This document shows positions 13,201-25,200 of a stretch of DNA of 64,000 bases, one piece after another. The stretch is taken from assembly GCA_030141605.1 (NCBI GenBank), contig JAQGDQ010000539.1, forward strand, positions 62,001 to 126,000. Direction: 5' to 3'. The position numbers and the translations under genes are program-made. The stretch comes from Tubiluchus corallicola. Its lineage: Eukaryota; Animalia; Priapulida. The stretch's first letter is position 1. Each line of letters starts with the position of its first letter. The notes under the pieces were generated by a model that saw only the letters and a list, made by a program, of their open reading frames with translations, was not told the origin of the DNA and searched no databases.

Positions 13201-16200
13201 CAATTGGGGGAAAGTCTCACGTGGTGATTTCATCTGATATGCTGCTCCTTCCCCACCGTGGCTATTTTGCTTGTTGAGAAAAGTTGCATGACTTCCATAT
13301 AAAAATAGTTAAGATATCTCTGCTGATCTACCACATTCATCCACATTAAGTATGGCTCTATCAGTGAGTGACGTGTGCGTATGACATTATCTCTTTTGAC
13401 AAAGAAATCAAAGCGTTATTTTTTTTAGAAACGGCATGGTGTAATTGCTTTTGGAAATATAGTACATGTATAACATTGTCTGTTTTGACAGAGGAAGCAT
13501 GATGTTGCCTCTTTTGACACTGGAATCTTAGCATCGTCTTTTGACAAAGACGCCATGTTGCCTCTTTTGACACTGGAATCTTAGCATCGTCTTTTGACAA
13601 AGAAGCCATGTCATTGTTCTTTTGACAGAGGAATTATAATGTTGAGTCTTTTGATACAAGAATCATGGCGTTGTCTTTTGTCAGTGAAAACATGGCAAAT
13701 AAATTGCAAGGAATAACGCTACAGTATAGATGCTAGAACAACTCCGCTTGACGGATTGCAGGCAATAACAAAAAGCTGCTGATTTGCTGGAACTGCTGCT
13801 GCTTGTATACATAACTATCATAAATGTTTATTAGGTCTCATGAGACAGGAAACGTATCCGTTCTGTTCAAGACACTCAGCTGAATGTGAGTAGCGAAAAG
13901 TGTTGACACGGCAGTGGCAGTCTGCTCAGCTGCTGTTAGATGAACCTTGTAGCTGCCAACTTACTACATTCTGCTGTGAAAGCTGCCATTGGTAAGAGAT
14001 TGCCTGGAGGTGCAGGAGGATCTAAGATTTTTAATGGTTGATTGCTGTAAAAGTGCGCGTTTATATACCTCAGAATCACAGCTCTAATCTACTAGTAGTT
14101 TACTCATTTCTTTTAATTGAACCGCTTATGTAACTATACGTGTGTATTCGAAAAATAAATGAAGTTAATAATAATAATAATAATAATAATCACTCGAACG
14201 TATCCTATAGAAATTTCAAGTTTGAATGTTTTTAGCTTTGTGTGTTTCCACATAACGAATTATCGCTTTTGATTATAAATTTTTAGTTCCTGCATACTTC
14301 TTCACAGCTGAAACACTGTATATGGCTGTAATTTCCTTCATCTATTAACTGGACGGTTGACGCAATCAGGCAAACTTTCAGTTTCGGTCAAAAATAAGAT
14401 CATTTTTGTTATAATTCAGCACTGTGCCTTATCGCATGGTGTGCTATGCAGACAGGTTTATACCAATAACCTAGCTTGTCAAGTGCTTATTTTATTTATT
14501 TCCAAATTTAACTGAATTAAATGTTTGTCATTTATCCTGTCTTTAATATATTAATGCGAACCTAAATTAAGGCAAATACTTGTATGTAGACACACATGTT
14601 GCATTTTGCGAAGCTCATTTTGAGTTATTGCTCAAGGGTCATAAAATCGTCAGTATCATAAATGTGTTTTTCAGTGGATGCCTTATGAGATTGTATTGTG
14701 TGCTTTGAATGATTAATTGCGTTAGGTGTACAGTTGTAAAAAATAAAGCCGGAATACTTAATATCATAGTTGAGTTTTTCGCCAAGAGGCTTTGTTTGCC
14801 GAGCTACTGGATCACCTCTGTCAGCTTCAACAAATCACTTCTGAGCAACAAAGATTAAGACGTATGTGGCTCGTGAATTTCTGTAAATAGAAAAATTAGT
14901 TGACAATAACTGATTTATCAACAGACGGGTGGAATAAATGAATCAGGTCATTTATTATGTCAGCTGATTTTTCTATTTGCAGAAATTCTCAAGTTAATTA
15001 TGTCTTGTTTGTTTAAGTTTTGTTTCTGAGAAGCGATTTTTTTAAATCGCCAATTTGAACATAATTGTAAGAATCGTGCAAAGCAATATAGCAATGACAG
15101 TAGTGTGTGTGTGTGTGCGTGTGCGTGCGCGTGCGTGAATTAACCAGTAACAAATATACTATAGTCAATCGAACACACCGTATGAAAGCAAAGTATCAAA
15201 ATATTGACCAAACGTGCTTATTTTTAAAGTAATAATTAATATTTTCAGTAGGTCTAAAGTTTAACCAATTGCTAAGCTAGGTATAAACTAATGGCTTTCG
15301 TTTTCTAGCCTGGGGTTAGTGAGGAGATTAGCCCAGCTCTGCTTGGAAAAAGAAGCGAGTAAAATCCTCACTGCTGCATGCCAATCAAACGCTGCTGTCC
15401 CCTCAAGCATGTGAATAAAGCATTTTCCGCTTGCCCTACAATTTGTGTTGTACAGGACGGTCAGCAGGGAGTTTTTCTGATTTGAAATCCGTTCAGTGTG
15501 GACAAAGTTAAGTTTCTGACGATGTTTTTCTTGTAACTTTATCCACAGCGCCACCTGGCTACAGAATCAAACACACACAGGTTCCCTCCCATTTTGAGTT
15601 GCCATGACGACTAATCCAATTTCCTTGCACTCCAATAGTATGAAGCTAACTAAGGGCCACGTTGTGGAAAATTACTAATTCGTAACGTGGTAGCACGATA
15701 TATTAATCCGTATGGCGTACGCACGATTTACTAATTCGTGGCCATGATTTACTCAACTTGACCCTCGGGGAGCTTCATATATGCTGATTGCACATATTCA
15801 CAGATGCGTATTTGCACAAAATTTATATTTTAGTTTTTCAGTTGCATACTGGTTGATAATCGTGTGTCATCGTCGTGTCTTCAAAGTTACAATGGAGAAA
15901 TAAGCGAGTGTTCCTTCACTGTAATCATTGAATCACTGTAAACTAAACACCGTATTCAAGTAAAGCAGCTCAAACTAACTAATTAATAAGTTTTAATAAG
16001 CTCAACTCGGTAAAAATGTTAACAGCTACTTTATACCAACAGTGACAAGTTATTATCAAATCGCAAATTATTGCACTGCTAAGTAATTTCTCGGCAGATT
16101 TTTTTCAAAATTAAGGGCATTTTATTCTTAGAAGCTCATTATATACACTTACTACATTCCCATTTTAGATAATTGAAAAGCTTGGCTGGTCTCAAAATAA

Positions 16201-19200
16201 TACGTGTTTTATTACAATAGTTCCAATGTTTCTTTACCTTGGCTGCGGATGGTACGGTTTGTGTCAAGTTTCGGTGTTTTATAACGACTCTAATAACTGC
16301 CACGTCTTTTCATCTGGGTCGTAAAGAAAAAATACGTTCCACGTTCGCTTTACAGGAGAGTTGCTGCGTTCCGCGTTTAGCATACTAAACACCATGCCAG
16401 ACCTTATTTTTCCGTGAGGGGGCGGGGAGAGTTCACTGGAAGCCTTCCTGCTTGTTAGTGATAATCTTATCCAAATCGATGTAAATGCGGCTCTGAATGT
16501 GTTCATAAAGAATGTAGTTCAGTTCATGATGAATGTAACCTTCAGTGTGACAGCGCGCAAAAGATCCCGCACCCTCCCTGGCTCTGTATCCACCCGCACA
16601 GCTTATACAAGGGAAGCTAATACTTTCCACAATGTCGCCAATGTTTCGTGTAAAAAGTGCATGAAAAGAGTGAGTTTCGTTCCTTAGCTAAGCTAAGTAA
16701 ACCTTTAGAGGATTAGTAAGGTCAAGGATGCGGCGTCAGTCTCGCTGACAGATGGTGTCGGAATTACTGCCGTATAACAAGCTGCCTTTGAAAATCTGCT
16801 CAAACAACTCTAAGTCTAAACGAGAACCTGATTAGGAAGCACTTTCTTGCGTCAGTTTGGGAAAAACTTGATACACAGATTGGTGAGACTCGTTGAGTTG
16901 ACTTTTGTCAGTGTGGAGGATTCAAGTGTATGTAAAATGTATCATTAAGGAACAAAAGGTGCCAATTGGTACTGTACGCCTATAAGGCTATAAAGCCCAA
17001 TTGGAAGTTTATTAGTAAAAACGTGAGAAGTCCCCTTTAAAGTTTGAAGTTTGGGAAGTTACTGTTTAGAACTTGCCTTCAAAAGTAGAAACCTAAAATA
17101 TTGGCGTAAATTATATATAAGTGAACCATTGGTAAAACAACAGTAACTTGATTCACTTATACAACTTATACATATATATTCTATTGGAAAAGAAACAAGA
17201 ATAGATTACCTATAGTACTAGAAAAGCAGAAGTGGGTATAGTGTCTTGAACTGCAGGAAGAACAGAGATTAAGCAACTTATAGTACTAAAAATACAAAGG
17301 TATGTATGGTGTGTGTCTTCATGGAATGGAGCAAATATTCTATGACACCCCTTGAAATAATGGATAAACGCAGTAGTTGGTTTAATGTAGATCTTCAAGA
17401 ATAAGCAAAACTGTTGTGAGCGTTGTGGGCGTTAGCGTCAGCATCGCCATCGTGAAAAACAAAGATTTCAGCAACTTCAACACTTTTCAATCAACATAAC
17501 CATGTAGGCAAAAGTTCAGTCTGTATCAAGATGCCAACACGTTTTTATGGTTTCGGCATTTCGGTGGTGTTTATCTTCTAAATATCGGCAAAGGTTTTTG
17601 ATCCTGTATGCGAGTGAAAATAAGTTTTCATATTCCCTGTTTTCTTGTTGCTATTTTAGCACCGCCGCCGCATGAACAGATTTTCCTCAGTATGAAAATA
17701 AGAGCAAACCTGCTTTCAATAGCATATAATTAGAACGTATTTTTGTTCAACAGTACCGCGATATTAAACGGCTCAATTAAATTCCTGCCTACGTGAGAAC
17801 TCGCCTTATTGGCTTTGTCAAAATTTTCTCTTTGCCGCGTGGGCGTGTGCTGAAATTCAAGCTAGAGGGGGTAGTGAATCACTTCTTTCAATTCTTTCTG
17901 TACTCACCATCAGTACTCACTTTTAACGCTAGAACTACCAATGATTTTTATCCCTCTTGGTATTTAAATTTATGTAAGCAATACCAGAAATTAATGTAGT
18001 CTAACTTCTCCTGGATTTCGTGTAATGGTCTGCAGTCATTTTCTTTCTTCTTTTTTCTGTACTTTTACATTTCGACCTTAAAATATCAGGTGTCTAAAAT
18101 GGAATGTAGGTAAAAATGATACAGGAAAAATAGCGCAAATGGCAAGATAGGTAAAAATAACACAGGAAGAGATGGCACAAATGGCAAGATAGGTAAAAAT
18201 GGCACAGGAAGAGATGGCACAAATGGCAAGATAGGTAAAAATGGCACAGCAAAAAATGGCTCCCTTAGTTTAGGGTTAGTATTACCATGGGGAATAATTA
18301 TTTTTGTTATTTTTACCTCTACCAAGGAAGTTATGCTGCAGCACAGTTTGTTTGTTTGTTTTGCTGTTTTTGGCAGTAAACCTATTACGCAACAACTGTC
18401 TAATAGATATCCACGAAACTTTGTTGAGAAGGCGGACATTGAGTGCCAAAATGGTAATTTTTCGCTTTTTTTTCGCAAACTTTGACCGAACAGCACGTAC
18501 AAAAGACATTGGTGAAACACTTCGTGGATGTCTCAGAGAGATTTTTGTTATCCACCTGGACAAGCAACCAGGGAGTTAGTTCCAGCTCCATTTCGAGAAA
18601 TTCTCGCTTGGAAAACTGTGTAACGCCGTATATAAGCTTGCTTATTAATGTATATAGTCTTATAAGGTGACTTGGTATGTGAATACGTATATATTTGTCA
18701 GTCTATTACCATCGACAAAATTAATAGTTAAAAAGGGTAGTTAAACGCTATGTGGAACGTTTGTGCATTATTGATTATAAATCTACTTACTGAACAAATA
18801 TTTTATGAGACCTTTGCTATGTAATACCAGTACGTTCACATTTTTGTGCGTTTGCTTGTTTATCTTTTGTATAATCAGACAAATAAGTTTAGGACTATCT
18901 ACAGAGCGCACTCTACTTTTATTATAGAAATCAGTTGCAATGAAATAACATTTGTGCCATTTTTTCTACTTTCAAATTTGTGCCATTTTTCCTGTGCCAT
19001 TTTACTTGCTTTTCCATTTGGATTTGGGCCATTTTTTCCTGTACCATTTTTACCTACTTTTCCATTGTACCCTTTTTCCTGTGTCATTTTTACCGTGCAC
19101 CGTCTAAAATGACCCTGTGACCCGTTTTTATTTTAATAAACTTGTCATGGTCTATATCTATTTCCAAAATCATGATGTATGATCATGATCGAACTTGGTA

Positions 19201-22200
19201 TTAATTAAATTTTGATATATTCTGCTTACGTTGCGAACGCTTAGACCACTGGGCCACCTCATTTTCCAGCGATCAAGACAGTCCAAACTTTATTCCTTAC
19301 AACTGTCCAATCAAATTCAGCCTATCCAATATTACATTACTCACGCTAGACTGACTAGAGTAATTCAAAACTAGTGTAAATAAAGGATAAATTTTCAACT
19401 GCGTTAGTTATAGGGGAATGCAGTGCACAGTGTAATGGCCTTAGGCATTTGTAATGTAAGCAGAAGGTCGTTGTTCAAATCCAGGTTGCGTATAAACTTT
19501 TTATATTTGCTTTGTTTGAACTTTGGTTCAAAATTTACTTAATTGTGGGTTTATACATCACCAATAATAATTTTGACATTAAGATATAGTAATTGATGTA
19601 ATAAGTTTGTCTGATTCAAATAGATTCTAAGATGGTATCAAGTTCAAAAATGAGATCTCTTCACGTGTAGCACGCGAAATTGTCACAGAGGACACTGTTC
19701 TAGTTAATTGATCGTAAATCGCTATACAAACTCTAATAATAAATAAACTCCTCAGATTCAGCGCAGGAATTCATGTTATGATGGTTTTAGTTACAAGCAG
19801 GCAAGCAAATTCTTAGATATACTGAGTAACATGAGTAATGGGACGCTATAAAATGAAGTGTAATTATTACTGAGATTTTTGTTAACAACAAGATGATTGG
19901 AGATTAAAGACTATGTCGGATGATGATACACATCTTTATTTTAAAATTGGCTGCTCTGAGCAAATAGACCAGTTCATAAGAACAAACCTCGAAATTTGTT
20001 AGAGCAGAATACATCTACATGATGGTGTAAATTGTGCCTGCTAACTGGATTAATTACGCACGTTGTAGCGTTAATATGATTTTGTCTTGAATGTTACGAC
20101 GGCGAAACACCATTTATTTTCTACTCCCCCCTATTATAATAGTACGCGTCCACGCAAAGCTATTGCATGTCATCATATCAGCAACTTTTGTGTTTAGCTT
20201 TTTACATTTCTGACTTGATTTCTAAAAAAAATCTACAATATGAATCTGCAACATAATATGAATGATCCTTTACTCTTGGCTGCCTTCACAACAACATCAA
20301 CTTATTACTAACCTGTTCATTTGCAATTTAGTCTAACTTGTACACTTTTGAGCGGCTTTTTCTTTCTTATATAGTTTCCTATTCTTTACATTTTATTTGT
20401 TTTATAATGTTGTGTGTCAATTTAAAGCCTAAGCAAATAAATAAATAAATAGTATTTATCAGATTTACTTGGTAATGTAGGCACATTTACGTTTGAATGG
20501 GAAAACAAATTAGTTTGTTGTACACATCTTATTACGAAACCTATGCGATTTTTTTTATTGTTCATCCTCAGTAGTAATGAATGTTGTCTAAATGCATAAA
20601 TAAGAAAAAAAGTATTGGAGCTAATTTTTACTATAGCCGGTGCAACACGTGCAATAAGTTACGTACTTTGCACCCGACACATACCGAGTTAAACTGTTTC
20701 AGGCTTTCAGCTCTGCTAGAGAATTATGGCGACATTTTATCGTTGAGTGGGTAATAATAATCATTGTGAGCAGTACCCGGACTGGTAGCCAGTAACACAT
20801 TAAATTTTATCATAACTCTTTGTACTTGCCGAAATGCAACAGACTGCCATTTGTGTTTTATTAGTTTTTATAATAAACTCACGGCAGAGCCTGGTTGTGG
20901 TGCCAGGAGTTAATGCAACGGCCGCTGTTAGAAAAAGTTTACATACATTTTATTGTTTATGAAAAAGTTTCAGATTTGTTTTATTTTATTTTCTTCTAAC
21001 ATCAGAATTAACTCTTCTGAAGCAACTGAGCTTAATTTTTAGAACGGATAAAATAATAACGTTCATGTACATAACGAAAAACTTTCAATGTCAGCTGTCT
21101 GAACACTGCAATGTTTACTTAGTTTTAGCAGAGGCAGTAGGCCTGTCATATTTGTAAGTAAAATTTTGGACGCAGTGCAACCATTATGAAGATGTATCAG
21201 TTTATTATATCTGTGGTTAGGTTATGTTCGTCAAAAAATTGGTGCCACGGCCCTCTGCTGACAGTGACATCACCTCAGTCCCTTCCTTCAAGTGCCAGTC
21301 TATTTACTGGTGTATGTGTATATGGGGGGGGGGGGGTAGTGATAAAAACAATGCATCTGATTTATGCTTGTACAGTCGTATACTTAATTATGAGTATTAT
21401 CACTATACTGTAGGCCACACACGCACAATACAGCTCATAAGCCTTATCTGGCTTTGACGGCTAGCAACCAACAGCATTTCTCACTGTTCGTGATTGCACG
21501 CAGTTAAAATGGATCTACGAGGTGTCGATAATCCGCGTTTATCGGACATTAACAAAGCTGCAAACGCCGGACATGTGTGCAACAGATTGCCTTTACTTTC
21601 CGGACAATTTTACAACCTTTTTCTGATGTTGCCGACTTTTAAACACTGCACTATTTTAGCTGTAATTGTTTGCACGTGGGCGTTATGCTAACTATTGACA
21701 CTAGGTGTGCAAAACCAGACACATTTTATCGTAATCATTGCCATATTGTTATCCCAAGAATACGGTATTTATACAGGATGGTATTAACGCTTGTGCATAT
21801 TTTATCTTAATGACTTACAGGTTCATGCGCCGGATTCACTAACACATTCATAAGAGTTTTCTTGAGGAACTTCGTAGAAATGTTTTGTTTTTGTAAAGTT
21901 ACGATCACATTTAATAACGTTCTTAGATCACGAAACTTTTGCGAATTCCATTGTGAGCCTAAGAATAATCTTACGAGCAATTATACGAATAAAGCTGGTC
22001 GTAAGAAGCTTTGTGAATCCGCCCCCTGTGGGTCTGTAATAATGCCTACACTGCAATGGCTTCATTTTAAAGCAAAATCGGACCCAATTTTAAACTGTAG
22101 ATCAAAACAACCTAGTCCTTCAAATATTGAAAGAAAACATACTATTTTTTAAAGAATGACTTACGCAAAAGAATTATTACCACACAAACGCAATTTCGCG

Positions 22201-25200
22201 TTCGCGCCACTGGTTCTTCGCTATTACATGCATTTCGCCCATTCGCTGGTTATACGGGCACTAGCGCCAGCATTTCAGAAACACGTTGCACAAAAAACAG
22301 GTGCTGTACATCTCAGTTCAGATGTGTTGGTTTGTGACGAACTACTCACGTTCGACAGCTCATGCGTGAGCACAGTGGTAAATTTGAAATTTTATTTTTT
22401 TGTCTTAAAACTTTTCGAGTTTTAGTACAACACACCGAATCTCTTATAATAGCACTGTACTTCAATTTTTGCTTTCGCAAACACGTGCAATACACGCCCA
22501 GGAAAGTTTTTGATGTTGAAAATTATGTTAGTTTGTGATGTCATCACTAGTTGGGCTCGCTTGTCGTTAATTACGATTTTAATCTATTATTTAATTATCA
22601 GAAACGCTTTTACAGTATTATTGGTGTTAAAATATATACTTTTTATCGTATTTGAAAATGGGGTAGTATATGAAAAATCATCCTGCCTTCCTTTAAGATG
22701 TAACCAACTTCGACTTAACGTTCTTACAACAAAAATCAGTAACAAAGCAGCTTTTCCGTGTATTTTTAGTATAGCTTGTTGCAGCACTAAGCGACAGGGC
22801 TAGTATTTAATGTGCCTGTGGTAGAACTGGACCTAGCAAAGCTAGTATTGTCAAATGAGACATTGAACCGGCAGAGGCTTACTCACACATTCGGATGCAT
22901 ATACAATCCTTCCTTGCTGTGGTAAAATTAATAGCCACAGTTAGTTTGACAGACAGCGTAGCAAAGCAGTTTTCCAGGCTGTCCGTCATCCCCGCGATCC
23001 CACGATTTACTGAGCAGACTCGCTACTGCTTAACTTCGGTGACCAAGTATTATTACACTTTTTACAACGTAGTACAAAATGCTCCTCATTTTCAATTTCT
23101 TGAATATTACTTCCATCTTTACGTTTGATCGCCAGGTCTGCACGTCCCTGTAGTTACTGATCATCTGTGCTTCCACTTCTTCATCAGATAAACTTGGATC
23201 GCAGTCGCGAATTAAACCAATAAACTGTCTTGTTGGGTTTTTTGTCCTCGAAATTTCAACAAATTTTGGCTTCCGTGATTTCACTGTCGCGTTTGCTACA
23301 TCGTCATTTTCAACTTACAGCTGAATTTTTCCCCCATGCAGATTTTTGCACCAAGTTAAACTTGGTACGAAGGAATTGCATGCCTAAGTTTTTCTTAATC
23401 GTCACGGTATTTTCCACATTCTTTTTGTCTCTTACATTTTCGATTACCACACTCCTTTCGGGATTTGTTTTTGCTGAACAGGAATTATAGATGGTCGGCA
23501 CGATAGACTTGAATCACAGCACTATGGTGAAAGTTTAGGCTGATTGTTCATAGGCATCATTGCATTTCCATTGCATTGTCTCTTTTTTCTATTTCTTGCA
23601 TATTGTTATCAACTGCTTCCAATATCGCATTAACAGTTTCCAAATTTTTACGTCTTTTGGATTGTTATGACCCTGAAGTATACCTCAATATTTTTTTGAT
23701 TTTTTTTGTTGTTGAATTTTATAGTGTTAGGTTTAGTCTCAACGAGGAAGCTACATCCTGAACCGCTACGTTCTGTTGTATCAAAATACAATGAACCTCT
23801 TATTATTCTATGTATAATAATTACACAAATATAGTTTTGTATATTTGTTTATTTATCTTGTGTTATGTTGTGTTTTCTATCAAAAGAATGCGTCGAACAT
23901 GTTCAGGATTTTTCGCCTTTGACTTCGCTCTTCCTTCTAACGCATTCCAATTTTATTACAGAAATCATTCGCATCACAGTAACATTATGTGCTATTTTTA
24001 CCTTTGTATTTTACCTACATTCAGAAAAACTGTATGGGTCATTTCTGAACATTGGTATTTTTAGATAAACAGTGGAGCTAAAAAGTTTTTTCTGCTAAGA
24101 AACCATGACTAACCGAGTAACTGATCGCCTAACTGTGTCCCACATTCACAAATGGCTACTGCCACTAGAGGGCCAGACAACTAATCAACAGGCTCCGCCG
24201 AGGGATTGTTGGCCAGCATGATTAAGCAAAACTGCTACACTCGAGCCACAACGTTTTTTTAATAAACTTGTCATGGTCTATACCTATTTCCAAAATCATG
24301 ATGGTATGATCATGATCAAACTCGGTATTAATTAAATTTTGATATAAAACTTAAGGAAAAGTAGGAAAGTTAGAATACAACCTAGATTTCAACCAGACAT
24401 GTTCTGCTTACGTTGCAAACACTTAGACCACTAGGCTACCTCATTTTCCAGTGATCAAGACAGTCCAACCTTTATTCCTTACAACTGTCCAATCAAATTC
24501 AGCCTCTCTAATATTGCATTACTCACGTTAGACTAACTAGAGTAATTCAAAACTAGTGTAAATAAGGGATAAATTTTGGACTGCCTTAGTTATAGGGGAA
24601 TGCGATGCACAGAGTAATGGCCTTAGGCATTTGTAATGTAAGCAGAAGGTCGTGGTTCAAATCCAGGTTCCGTATAAACTTTTTATATCTGTTTTGTTTA
24701 AATTTTGGTACAAAATTTACTTAATTGTGGGTTTGTACATCACCAGTAATAATTTTGACATTAAGATTATAGTAATTAATGTAATAAGTTTGTCTGATTC
24801 AAATAGATTCTAAGATGGTATCAAGTTCAAAAATGAGATCTCTTCACGTGTAGCACGCGAAATTGTTGTTGTCCACCTTTTCCGCAAACAATTTATCAAT
24901 TAATTGTTTAATTAATTGAATGATTCATCCACACGCTTAAAGACAATTAATTGTGTAACTGATTAATTGCCCGACTCCGAGAGCTTAGGCCTGATCGCTA
25001 GGGCTATGATAATTTCCCACACGAACTGAGCCACGAAATATATGTCTTTATCTCTCGAGTTATCAAGCTGGCTTCCGCAACAAGCCTTTCAGTGTGAATA
25101 TACCAGGTTCTTTTAAACAGATAGTGTCTTTAACGAGAATGTTCTTTTAGTAACTTCTGGAATAACAGAGCAATTCGACATTAATTTAAAGTGATGAAAG

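Noticed and set aside
13385-13700. CRISPR-like array (also 34615-35025 and the 15-bp MULE arrays)
   Set aside because: Eukaryotic context, no unique spacers, no cas genes; ordinary tandem repeats.
18265-18280. Interstitial telomere (TTAGGG-like)
   Set aside because: One or two degenerate units that are part of the MULE element (mirrored near 8983-8992).
8124-19101. Pack-MULE/composite transposon that delivered Ihog
   Set aside because: The outer flanks (aagaacaat versus gtctaaaat) are not a TSD pair, and copy B has its own perfect 9-bp TSD, so the insertions were independent.
22952-23047. Functional 5S rRNA gene
   Set aside because: The 5' half is missing, the 3' end diverges, and there is an internal insertion.
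24376-24674. Functional tRNA genes
   Set aside because: Only A/B-box-like remnants with no intact cloverleaf, embedded in a repeat.
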